64,000 bases of DNA from Flavobacteriaceae bacterium (GTDB lineage: Bacteria; Bacteroidota; Bacteroidia; Flavobacteriales; Flavobacteriaceae): the NCBI GenBank assembly GCA_002721175.1, contig PBJR01000008.1, forward strand, positions 108,685-172,684. Reading direction: 5' to 3'. The notes beneath the pieces were generated by a model. The model searched no databases and had not been told where the DNA came from. It saw only the letters and a program-made list of their open reading frames with translations. The translations under genes were made by a program, and so were the position numbers. How positions within the stretch are numbered: position 1 is the first letter of the stretch; each line of letters starts with the position of its first letter. Shown here piece by piece: positions 40,303 to 49,849 of this stretch.

Positions 40303-41451
40303 TTAATTAGCGCTATGCCAGCTTGTAAGTTTTAAAATTTTATGAAAAACTTCGTTATTGTGATATATTCCATTAAATTCCTGAGATCCAGGACCAAAAG
40401 CAAATATTGGTATTAAAGTTGCAGAATGTCCCTTTGCAGAAAATGTAGGTTCAATTTCTTTGTAATCCTCATAAATTTCGCCTTGACTGTTCACGCGTTT
40501 TTTACCTGAAAGAGTAAAACCTCCTGTTTCATGATCAGCAGTCACAATGACTAAAGTTTCTCCATCAAGTTCAGCAAAATCAAGTACCGAACCAATTGTG
40601 TTATCAAAGTCAATCATTTCAGAGACTAAGTAATCAGAATCATTGTCATGACCTGCCCAGTCAACCTGTGCACCTTCTGACATTATAAAAAAAGGGTTAT
40701 CACCTTTGTGCAAAAAATTTATTCCAAGTATTGTAGCTTTCTCTAAAAAACTCCCTCTGCCATGAGTCAATTTAGGCATTCCGTCAGGCGCTAAAATATA
40801 TGCTTGTTTATCATTTTTTTTTATCGTTTTAAACTCATCGAGGGCATTGGTATTAATACAGAAACCATTAGAAATAAGCTTATCAATAACATTTAAATTA
40901 TCACTTCTGTTTACAAAAAAGTTTAATCCACCCCCTGCAAAAAAATCAACCTCAGAATCTGCTAGTTGCATTGCTATTTCCTCCTCCAGGTATCTACTTG
41001 AAACATGTGCGAAAAATGATGCTGGTGTTGCATGAGTAATTGATGAAGTGGTAACAATTCCACAATTAACTCCGCTCTGAGAAGCAATTTCAACCAAATT
41101 TTCAAGGTCAACTTTTTCGTCTGAGACACCGATAGCAGTATTATAAGTTTTATGACCTGTTGCAAAAGCTGTTCCACTGGCCGCAGAATCTGTAATAAGC
41201 TGATCGGATGAATTCACATGAATTAATCCAATATTTTTAAATCTAGAGTAATTGACAGGATTATTTTTATAAAAATATGCTGAAGAAATTTGGGATAAAC
41301 CTGCACCATCGCAAATTAATAAAACTACGTTTTTAGGAGCTATAGGTTTTATAATTCGAGGGGATTGTCTAAAGCAACCAAAAAGAGGAAAAATCAGAAG
41401 GCAAATCAAAAAAAAACGTTTACAAAAAAAATAATCGGAAAAAATTTTCAT
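40303..41451 (-). CDS. Alkaline phosphatase (PhoA family), probable lipoprotein
   Basis: Motifs NVVLLICDGAG, TDSAASGTA (Ser nucleophile), THATPA, EGAQVDWAGH, TADHETGG; lipobox LFGC. Confidence 0.93.
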   Translation of the reverse strand: MKIFSDYFFCKRFFLICLLIFPLFGCFRQSPRIIKPIAPKNVVLLICDGAGLSQISSAYFYKNNPVNYSRFKNIGLIHVNSSDQLITDSAASGTAFATGHKTYNTAIGVSDEKVDLENLVEIASQSGVNCGIVTTSSITHATPASFFAHVSSRYLEEEIAMQLADSEVDFFAGGGLNFFVNRSDNLNVIDKLISNGFCINTNALDEFKTIKKNDKQAYILAPDGMPKLTHGRGSFLEKATILGINFLHKGDNPFFIMSEGAQVDWAGHDNDSDYLVSEMIDFDNTIGSVLDFAELDGETLVIVTADHETGGFTLSGKKRVNSQGEIYEDYKEIEPTFSAKGHSATLIPIFAFGPGSQEFNGIYHNNEVFHKILKLTSWHSAN

Positions 41452-41508
41452 AGAATAAATTTACAAATACGAAAGTAAAATAAAGTAACAAATTTTAAAA
41501 AAATTAAA

Positions 41509-42336
41509 CTATCGGCGTCTCATTCGGTTGTCTCTAAACTCAGCCATTTTTTTCTGAATTAAATTCTGATATTCAATCTTATTTATTTGTGTTCCCTTGT
41601 TTGGAGCTTTAATTTCAAGTTTATCAATAGGATTTAAAACAATTTTGGTACAAAGCATAGTAGTTTGACCGGCACTTACCTCAAGAATCAAACCAGGTAA
41701 ACCCCAGTATTCGGATGGGCCGTGCCTGACGGGAATTTCTGGTGAATACCAAGCTTCAACAGATGTAATATCTATTTCTTGAATATCTTTTTTTTCTTCA
41801 TCTAAATCTTGATTACTTGAACGCATTCTACTCCAGGAAAATGAATACCACAATAGATCATCAGTAGGAATGAACGTCTTGGCTTTGTAACAGGTGTAAT
41901 TGCCAATTTGTTTAGTTTCACTAAGAAGTGTCCAATTAATGGTTTGTAATTTATCCTTTACTAAAAATTTTTTTCCGTAAAATTCTTGCTGTTGTATTTG
42001 TGAGTTGTTTTTTACATTCTTATAATTTTCACCAGCTGAAAAATTTTTCCCCCATGAATCAGTAGCACCTGAAATAGCATCTAACTGTTCCTCTTCAAGG
42101 AATAAAGATTCTTCAATGTTAAAAGTTAGCTTAAATTCTTTTTCTAAGCGATTTTTTAATCTCGCAGCGATTTGCTTTTTCTGAGCCTCACTCATTCTTG
42201 CACCCCACCTACCAAGTTCTAGTTTTGATTTTGTAATATATGTAGCTTGTCCTTGAAAACTTGGTCTGGTGTTTTTGGAATTGTTGAAACCTGATAATAA
42301 AACTAACCAAACAAAAACAATTTTAAACAAATACAT
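41509..42336 (-). CDS. GLPGLI family protein
   Basis: Motifs ETKQIGNYTCYKA, AWYSPEIP...GP..YWGLPGLILEV. Confidence 0.93.
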   Translation of the reverse strand: MYLFKIVFVWLVLLSGFNNSKNTRPSFQGQATYITKSKLELGRWGARMSEAQKKQIAARLKNRLEKEFKLTFNIEESLFLEEEQLDAISGATDSWGKNFSAGENYKNVKNNSQIQQQEFYGKKFLVKDKLQTINWTLLSETKQIGNYTCYKAKTFIPTDDLLWYSFSWSRMRSSNQDLDEEKKDIQEIDITSVEAWYSPEIPVRHGPSEYWGLPGLILEVSAGQTTMLCTKIVLNPIDKLEIKAPNKGTQINKIEYQNLIQKKMAEFRDNRMRRR

Positions 42337-42452
42337 ATATTACATTTTTTAATTGATTATCAATTTAAAACATCTACATCTACTGATAGCTCAGTTTGTA
42401 GTAAAATTAACAAAATTAAATTGGTTTGTATCTTAGTTGTTTTAAATTAAAC

Positions 42453-43919
42453 TTAGGCCGATGGCAAGTCAAAATCATCTTTTAAGGGAAGGTCTGAACT
42501 ACCCATTAAAAAAGTATCAATATGATGAGCTGCTTGCCTACCCTCTGAAATAGCCCAAACAATGAGTGATTGACCTCTGCGTATATCTCCAGCGGCGAAA
42601 ACACCATTAATATTAGTTTTAAAATCCTTTGTTGAAGCCTTAATGTTAGTTCTGTAATCCGTCTCTAGCTTTAATTGGTCAATAATTAAGGAACCGGGAC
42701 CAGTAAAACCAAGAGCTAAGAGTACTAAATTACATGGCCATGTTTTTTCAGAGCCTGAGATTTCCCTCAGCTCTGGCCTTTCATTTTCATTATGAACCCA
42801 CTCCACCTCACAAGTCACAAGAGCATTTAATTTACCATTCTTGTCTGCTAGAAATTTTTTGGTTGAAATACTCCAAAAACGATTTACTCCTTCTTGATGT
42901 GATGAGCTGGTTTTCAGCTTCATCGGCCAATAAGGCCATGGCTGATGCGCAGGTCTACCCTTGATAGGTTTATCTAAAATCTCAAAGTTTGTAACTGACA
43001 AGGCACCGTGCCTGTTTGATGTACCAATACAATCTGATCCAGTGTCTCCACCCCCAATCACAATTACATTTTTATCTTTTGCAGAAATTATTTCACTAAA
43101 TTTTTTTGAACCACTCACATAATCGTTGTTAAGTTTCAAAAAATCCATTGCCTGAACTACCCCATCTAAATTAGAACCATCAACAGAAAGGCTTCTTTTG
43201 GCAGTTGCACCACCGCACAACAAGACTGCGTCAAAATCTGATCTTAATGAATCAATAGAAATATCAATCCCTACATTTGTATTCGTTTTGAAAATTATTC
43301 CTTCTTTTAATAAAACATCAATCCTGCGATCAATAACAGTTTTTTCTAATTTAAAATCTGGAATACCATAGCGAAGAAGTCCACCAAGTCTTGATTCTCT
43401 TTCGTAAACGGTAACTTTATGGCCCACTCGATTTAGCTGCTGAGCAGCAGCTAACCCAGATGGACCAGATCCAACAATAGCTATTGATTTACCGGTTCTT
43501 TTCAAGGGGATATAAGCTTTTATCCAACCCCTTTTGAAAGCAATTTCAACAATATTTTTCTCAATATTTTCAATAGAAACTGGTTCTTCATTGATACCTA
43601 AAACGCAAGCCTGTTCACATGGAGCTGGACAAAGTCTACCTGTAAATTCAGGAAAATTATTTGTCGAATGTAAAATATCGGCTGCTTTTTCCCAATTACC
43701 ATTGTAAACACTATCGTTGAAATCAGGAATTAAATTTCCTAAAGGACATCCGCTTTGGCAGAAGGGAATACCACAATCCATGCACCTAGACGCTTGATTT
43801 CTTAATGTTTTTTTTTCTAGAGGAATAGTGAACTCTTTATAATTTTTCTTTCTTTTTTCAACCGAAATTAAAGATTCATCTATCCGCTTATGTTTTAAAA
43901 AACCTGCTAGTTTACCCAC
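42453..43919 (-). CDS. gltD: Glutamate synthase small (beta) subunit
   Basis: Motifs RCMDCGIPFC..GCP, NNFPEFTGRLCPAPC, GSGPSGL, GGGDTGSDC, GQSLIVWAI.EGR. Confidence 0.97.
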   Translation of the reverse strand: MGKLAGFLKHKRIDESLISVEKRKKNYKEFTIPLEKKTLRNQASRCMDCGIPFCQSGCPLGNLIPDFNDSVYNGNWEKAADILHSTNNFPEFTGRLCPAPCEQACVLGINEEPVSIENIEKNIVEIAFKRGWIKAYIPLKRTGKSIAIVGSGPSGLAAAQQLNRVGHKVTVYERESRLGGLLRYGIPDFKLEKTVIDRRIDVLLKEGIIFKTNTNVGIDISIDSLRSDFDAVLLCGGATAKRSLSVDGSNLDGVVQAMDFLKLNNDYVSGSKKFSEIISAKDKNVIVIGGGDTGSDCIGTSNRHGALSVTNFEILDKPIKGRPAHQPWPYWPMKLKTSSSHQEGVNRFWSISTKKFLADKNGKLNALVTCEVEWVHNENERPELREISGSEKTWPCNLVLLALGFTGPGSLIIDQLKLETDYRTNIKASTKDFKTNINGVFAAGDIRRGQSLIVWAISEGRQAAHHIDTFLMGSSDLPLKDDFDLPSA

Positions 43920-46900
43920 TTCTTTTTATTTAAAATATTTTCCTTTTTCAATCTTATCAGGGCCTGCTTATATTCCTCTGGTAAAACTTTAATAAATTTC
44001 TTTGATGAGGATTCCCAGTCATACAACAAACGCTGGGCCAATGGACTTAAAGTTGAATTGTAATGATTTGTGATTAATTGATGAAGTTCATTTAAATCAT
44101 CTTTACTGCTAACTAGTTCTAAATTTAAACCATCGGTGTTGCAGCGATTATCGAAGATTTTTTTTGGATCAAATACATAGGCAATACCTCCGCTCATTCC
44201 TGCTCCAAAATTCCTTCCAACCTGACCTAGTATTACTACTTTCCCGCCTGTCATATATTCGCATCCGTGATCACCAACTCCTTCGACAACAGCTATGGCC
44301 CCCGAGTTTCTAACGCAAAATCTTTCACCAGCCTTGCCATTTATATAAACCTCACCTGAGGTGGCTCCGTATAATGCAACATTACCAATAATAATATTAT
44401 TTTCTGGAACAATATCTGACTCATCATTTATGCGGACTGAAATTTTTGCGCCAGACAAACCTTTACCTAAATAGTCATTTGTGTTGCCAATCACATTCAG
44501 CGTTAAACCTTTTGTGGCAAAAGCACCAAAACTTTGCCCAGCCGAGCCTGTAAAATTAATCTTAAGAGTGTTATCAGGAAGACCTTTTGCCCCATATATC
44601 TTAGAAATTTCGTTACTAATAATAGCCCCTACCGCCCTATTCTCGTTATTAATTTTCAAGTCCAAAACAATAGGTTCTTTTCTAAAAATTGATGGATGTG
44701 CCTTATTAATTATTTCGAAATCAAGTGCCTTTTGAATTTGGTGATCTTGTTTAATTGTATTATGTAGCTTAGCTCCATTTTTAGATTGAACTTTATGAAG
44801 TATGGGGCTTAAATCAATTCCTCTAGACTTGTAATGATTAATGGCACTATCCCGGTTTAATTTCTCAACTCTTCCAACCATATCGTCGACAGTTTTGAAA
44901 CCAAGTTTAGCCATGATTTCTCTTAGCTCTTGAGCCACAAAGTACATGAAATTTACAACATGCTCAGGTTTTCCTTTGAATTTACTGCGTAAATCTGGAT
45001 TTTGAGTTGCTATTCCAACAGGACATGTATTTAGATGGCAAGCACGCATCATAATACATCCAGATGCGACTAAGGGAGCGGTTGCAAAACCAAATTCCTC
45101 TGCGCCTAAAAGGCAAGCAATTGCGACATCACGACCTGTTTTTAACTGGCCATCACATTCCAGAACAACTCTATTTCTAAGATCATTCATTAATAGAGTT
45201 TGCTGGGCTTCAGCTAATCCTAGTTCCCATGGCAATCCTGCGTGTTTTAAAGAAGTTAGCGGAGATGCTCCAGTTCCACCATCACAACCAGAGATTAAAA
45301 TAACATCAGCCTTTGCTTTTGCTACTCCAGCTGCAATTGTACCAATTCCCATTTCGGAAACCAACTTTACATTAATTCTAGCGTCACGATTAGCAGACTT
45401 TAAATCATAAATGAGTTGGGATAAATCTTCAATAGAATAAATATCGTGATGTGGTGGGGGAGAAATTAGTCCAACGTACGGAGTTGAATTTCTTGTTTTA
45501 GCTATATCTGGGTTCACCTTTGATCCTGGAAGTTGACCACCCTCTCCAGGCTTTGCCCCTTGAGCCATTTTAATTTGTATTTCCTGAGCATTTGTCAAAT
45601 AATTTGATGTTACTCCAAAACGACCAGAGGCTACTTGTTTAATTGCGCTATTTTTCCAATTTCCGCCATGGTCCTTGTAAAATCGCTCATTGTCTTCACC
45701 CCCTTCCCCAGAATTACTTTTTCCACCAATCCTATTCATGGCTATTGCTAAATTTTCATGAGCCTCTTTACTGATGGATCCATATGACATTGCTCCAGTC
45801 TTAAAACGTTTGACGATCTCAGTCCATGGCTCTACTTCATCAACCGATATTGGGTCATAATTTGTAAATTCAAATAATCCGCGAATTGTCATCAATTGCT
45901 TTGATTGATTGTTAATTATTTCAGAATACTGTTTGTATTTATCATATTTATTTGATCTGACTGATTCTTGTAATTTAGCAACAGAAAAAGGGTTAAAAAG
46001 GTGATGTTCTCCATTTCGCCTCCATCGATATTGACCACCAATTTCTAAATCAAGACTAGCCCCGATTGTATTTTTCACAAACGCTTTGTAATATCGTTTA
46101 GAAATTTCTCTTTCTATTTGATATAAATCAATCCCCTGAATTCTAGTTGTCGTATTTGGAAAAAATTCATCTACAACTTGACTATTGATACCAATGCATT
46201 CGAAAAGTTGTGATCCTCTGTAGGAATTGAGAGTTGAAATTCCAATCTTATTCATTACTTTCAAAATACCTTTTCCAACAGCCTTGTTATAATTTTGTAT
46301 GGCTTCATCAGGTATTATTTTTGCTTTTCTTTGCTTAATTTCTTCCTCGATAATTTCATTAACCATATATGGATTTATGGCACTAGCACCATATCCAAAT
46401 AATAATGCAAAGTGATGAACTTCACGAGGCTCTGCTGATTCAATAATTATACTAATTTTAGATCTTTTACCTAATCTTTGTAAGCCACTATTAATGTATG
46501 AACAAGCTAACAAGGCTGGTATAGGTGCTTTGCTCTCATTGACGTTCCTGTCTGAAAGAATTATGATATTAGTTCCATTATCGACACTTTCCGACGAGAT
46601 TTTCAATAGTTTTTTTAATGAGCTCTCAAGACCATTTAACCCCTTTTCAATTTGATACAAAATGTCTATTGAAGTTATTTTGAAATTTGGATTTTGGAAA
46701 CTTTTAATTTTATCCAAGTCTTGTTTTGAAATAACTGGATTTTGTATTTTTAGTTTTTTACAATGATTTTGATCTATTTTAAAAATATTAAAATCACTAC
46801 CAAGGGTTAAACTTATGTCAGTAATCAATTCTTCGCGAATGCCATCTAAGGGAGGATTTGTGACTTGAGCAAAGAGTTGTTTAAAATAATTATAAATTAA

Positions 46901-48421
46901 TTGTGGCTTTTCAGATAAAAGAGCTAAAGGAGTATCACTCCCCATAGATCCAATGGGTTCTTTAGCGTGACTAGCCATTGGCAAAATAATAGTTTCAATT
47001 TCTTCATGTGTATAGCCATACAACACTTTTCTTTTAGATAAAGTTTCTTGATTCAAAAAAACTGGGCAATCATTATAGGGTATGTCTTTTAAGTAAACCA
47101 AATTTTCATCTAACCACCTATGGTAGGGCTTCATCCTAGAAATTTTTTCTTTAATTTCCTCATCGTTTACAATACGACCCTCGTCCATATTAACTAAAAA
47201 CATTTTACCAGGCTCTAATCTGCCATGAAACTCAACATTTTCTGGAGCGATTTGAACAACCCCAATTTCTGAAGACATAATAACATATCCGTCTTTAGTG
47301 ATAGAATAACGGGATGGTCTCAACCCGTTACGATCCAAAACTGCTCCTATGTAATTACCATCTGTAAAAGGAATAGAAGCTGGTCCATCCCAAGGCTCCA
47401 TTAAGCAGGAATTGTACTCATAGAAAGATTTTTTGGAAATTGTCATCTCATCATTTTTTTCCCAAGCTTCAGGAACAAGCATCATCATGACTTCAGGCAA
47501 AGATCTCCCTGTCATCAATAATAACTCAACTACCATGTCCATGGAGGCAGAATCAGACTTTAAGGGTAAAATTGTAGGTAAAATATTTTTTATTTCCTCT
47601 CCAAAAAAATCACTTTCAAATAATGATTCTCTTGAAACCATTCTTGAAATATTACCCCTGAGGGTGTTGATTTCGCCGTTATGACACATATATCTGAAGG
47701 GCTGAGCTAAATCCCAAGTTGGAAATGTATTGGTTGAAAATCGCTGATGAACCAAAGCTAATCGTGTTACAAAAAGCGGATTTGTCAGATCATTATAATA
47801 AAGACTAATATCCTCAGGAACTAAAAGTCCTTTGTAAATAATAATCTTTGTTGAGAGACTGGGGATATAAAAAAAGTTTGACTCAGATATCCTTGAACTG
47901 TATATTTCATGTTCTGCTTTTTTTCTGGATATGAAAAGTTTTAAATTAAATTCAAAATCGTTTTGGTCTTTGTCAGATTTTGATATGAATATTTGCTCTA
48001 TGCGAGGTTCAGTATCTTTTGCGATAGTCCCCAGAACCTCAGAATTTATAGGTAGAGTTCTCCAACCTATAATTTTAAGTCCTTGGGTATTTAGATGTTT
48101 TTTTAATATAGATTGACAAAAAGAACTTTGATTAGTTTTTTTGGGAAGAAAAACGTTAGCAACAGCATACTCACCGATTTGAGGAAGATCAAAAGGGCAT
48201 TCTTTTAAAAAAAGCTCGTGTGGAATATCAGTTAATATACCAGCTCCGTCACCTGTTTTACCATCAGCGCTTACAGCACCTCTGTGTTCTAAACGCTTTA
48301 GGATTTGGAGTGCTTTGTGAATAATATCATTAGACTTTTCACCGCGAAGACTGCATATAAAACCAGCACCACAATTGTCATGTTCGAACTGTGGAGAATA
48401 AAGTCCTTGTTGCCTAAGCAT
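43907..48421 (-). CDS. gltB: Glutamate synthase large (alpha) subunit
   Basis: N-terminal CGAGF glutamine amidotransferase, HQRFSTNT, GAMSYGSIS, AQGAKPGEGGQL, CIMMRACHLNTCPVG, GXGXG C-terminal domain. Confidence 0.98.
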   Translation of the reverse strand: MLRQQGLYSPQFEHDNCGAGFICSLRGEKSNDIIHKALQILKRLEHRGAVSADGKTGDGAGILTDIPHELFLKECPFDLPQIGEYAVANVFLPKKTNQSSFCQSILKKHLNTQGLKIIGWRTLPINSEVLGTIAKDTEPRIEQIFISKSDKDQNDFEFNLKLFISRKKAEHEIYSSRISESNFFYIPSLSTKIIIYKGLLVPEDISLYYNDLTNPLFVTRLALVHQRFSTNTFPTWDLAQPFRYMCHNGEINTLRGNISRMVSRESLFESDFFGEEIKNILPTILPLKSDSASMDMVVELLLMTGRSLPEVMMMLVPEAWEKNDEMTISKKSFYEYNSCLMEPWDGPASIPFTDGNYIGAVLDRNGLRPSRYSITKDGYVIMSSEIGVVQIAPENVEFHGRLEPGKMFLVNMDEGRIVNDEEIKEKISRMKPYHRWLDENLVYLKDIPYNDCPVFLNQETLSKRKVLYGYTHEEIETIILPMASHAKEPIGSMGSDTPLALLSEKPQLIYNYFKQLFAQVTNPPLDGIREELITDISLTLGSDFNIFKIDQNHCKKLKIQNPVISKQDLDKIKSFQNPNFKITSIDILYQIEKGLNGLESSLKKLLKISSESVDNGTNIIILSDRNVNESKAPIPALLACSYINSGLQRLGKRSKISIIIESAEPREVHHFALLFGYGASAINPYMVNEIIEEEIKQRKAKIIPDEAIQNYNKAVGKGILKVMNKIGISTLNSYRGSQLFECIGINSQVVDEFFPNTTTRIQGIDLYQIEREISKRYYKAFVKNTIGASLDLEIGGQYRWRRNGEHHLFNPFSVAKLQESVRSNKYDKYKQYSEIINNQSKQLMTIRGLFEFTNYDPISVDEVEPWTEIVKRFKTGAMSYGSISKEAHENLAIAMNRIGGKSNSGEGGEDNERFYKDHGGNWKNSAIKQVASGRFGVTSNYLTNAQEIQIKMAQGAKPGEGGQLPGSKVNPDIAKTRNSTPYVGLISPPPHHDIYSIEDLSQLIYDLKSANRDARINVKLVSEMGIGTIAAGVAKAKADVILISGCDGGTGASPLTSLKHAGLPWELGLAEAQQTLLMNDLRNRVVLECDGQLKTGRDVAIACLLGAEEFGFATAPLVASGCIMMRACHLNTCPVGIATQNPDLRSKFKGKPEHVVNFMYFVAQELREIMAKLGFKTVDDMVGRVEKLNRDSAINHYKSRGIDLSPILHKVQSKNGAKLHNTIKQDHQIQKALDFEIINKAHPSIFRKEPIVLDLKINNENRAVGAIISNEISKIYGAKGLPDNTLKINFTGSAGQSFGAFATKGLTLNVIGNTNDYLGKGLSGAKISVRINDESDIVPENNIIIGNVALYGATSGEVYINGKAGERFCVRNSGAIAVVEGVGDHGCEYMTGGKVVILGQVGRNFGAGMSGGIAYVFDPKKIFDNRCNTDGLNLELVSSKDDLNELHQLITNHYNSTLSPLAQRLLYDWESSSKKFIKVLPEEYKQALIRLKKENILNKKKWVN

Positions 48422-48680
48422 GTAAAAAATTTTATATAGTTTAGATTGAAATATAGCAACAAATCCATTAACTAAGAGAAAGAATTTGAATAATTATCAG
48501 ATTGATAATTTGAGACAAAAAAAACATATTAATTTTTATTTTTATACTCAATTTTTGAAATATTAATAATGATAGCGTTTTTTTAAAAATTAAAAAAATA
48601 TAAAGAAATGTTAAATTTTTCGTTGATTATTTATTTTAAATAAATTATACTCTTGAGTTATTTTTTTTTATAAAATTATT

Positions 48681-48777
48681 GACCCCAAAATTTTAAGGGT
48701 CTTTTTTTATTAAAATAATAAAAATGACTGTTTACCCCCTTTTTTTGATGGGTTGTCAGAATTTATAGTTAAATTTG
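48681..48777. promoter_or_regulatory. Two ACCC-N11/12-GGGT palindromes plus a -7 element in the divergent gltB/porin region
   Basis: gaccc-caaaattttaa-gggtc (48681-48701); accc-cctttttttgat-gggt (48734-48753); TAAATTTG at 48770-48777 on the plus strand. Confidence 0.55.
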
Positions 48778-48813
48778 AATAAATCAAACAAAAACTATCT
48801 AAAAAAAATAATT

Positions 48814-49782
48814 ATGAAAAAAATTTTTACTTTAATTTTAGCCTCATCTTCTCTAATTGCGTTTGCTCAAGATGAACCAACATTGTCCATTTCTGGAACG
48901 GTTGACGGCTATTACCAAACTAACATTACGTCATCAGACGATGTCGGAGATTCTTTTGGAACTTCATTTGCCGACGAAACTGGTTTTGCTTTGGGTATGG
49001 CCAATATGGTTGCGTCATACGATATGGGCTCAACTGGTGTTGTAGCTGACATGGTTTTCGGACCAAGAGGAGATGCTGCAGTTGGTGGTTACAACCTGAA
49101 TCAACTGTATGCTTATTGGAATGTAACTGATGGAACCACCCTAACAATGGGTCGTTTTAATACCTATCTAGGGTATGAAGTTATATCGCCAGCTGGAAAT
49201 TTTAACTACAGCACTTCCTATATGTTTTCAAATGGCCCTTTTTCAATGGTAGGACTAAAAGGAGATTTTAGCTTAGGTGAAACAAGTCTTATGCTTGCCG
49301 TAATGAATCCAACTGACGTCAACAATAATACAACAGGTGGATACGCATTAGGTGCTCAAGTTGGTTATGCAGGTCAGTTTTTAAATCTTTACTACGATAA
49401 TGACGAAGTTCTTGGTTTTGAGGTTGATTACACAGGTGGTTTTGATTTGGCCGATGATTTCTTTCTTGGTATTAATGCCGCTTACCAAGAAAGTAATGAT
49501 GCTGGATTTTATGGAGTAGCACTTTATCCTCAGCTCACTACATCTGATTCGTTTTCAGTTGGCCTCAGGGGAGAACTGTTTGGTTTTCACGACGATTCTG
49601 ACGAAGACTTACCAAGTGTGTTATCAACAACTTTAACTGGAAGTTACACAGTTGAAAACTTAACAATAAAACCAGAAATCAGATTGGATTCTTGGACTGA
49701 TGATGAACCGTATTTCGACAATGACGGATTAGCCTCTGATTCCTTAGCCGCATTTACATTAGCAGCTATATATTCATTCTAA
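48814..49782 (+). CDS. Outer-membrane beta-barrel porin (BBP2/OmpL-like)
   Basis: Signal MKKIFTLILASSSLIAFA-Q from ATG 48814; ISGTVDGYY, QLYAYW, GRFNTYLGYEVI...NFNYSTSYMFS.GPF; C-terminal YSF. Confidence 0.85.
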   Translation: MKKIFTLILASSSLIAFAQDEPTLSISGTVDGYYQTNITSSDDVGDSFGTSFADETGFALGMANMVASYDMGSTGVVADMVFGPRGDAAVGGYNLNQLYAYWNVTDGTTLTMGRFNTYLGYEVISPAGNFNYSTSYMFSNGPFSMVGLKGDFSLGETSLMLAVMNPTDVNNNTTGGYALGAQVGYAGQFLNLYYDNDEVLGFEVDYTGGFDLADDFFLGINAAYQESNDAGFYGVALYPQLTTSDSFSVGLRGELFGFHDDSDEDLPSVLSTTLTGSYTVENLTIKPEIRLDSWTDDEPYFDNDGLASDSLAAFTLAAIYSF

Positions 49783-49814
49783 TTCAAAAAAAATAATATA
49801 ATTTTGTTTGTGAT

Positions 49815-49849
49815 AAAAAAGCTGGGAAATAATAATTCCCAGTTTTTTT
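49815..49849. terminator. Bidirectional intrinsic terminator between the convergent porin and ppc genes
   Basis: aaaaaa-gctgggaa-ataataa-ttcccagt-tttttt. Confidence 0.85.

Noticed and set aside
42374-42401. Bulged hairpin ctaca-tct-actga-tagc-tcagt-t-tgtag downstream of gltD
   Set aside because: Weak stem with no adjacent U-tract; not enough to call a terminator.
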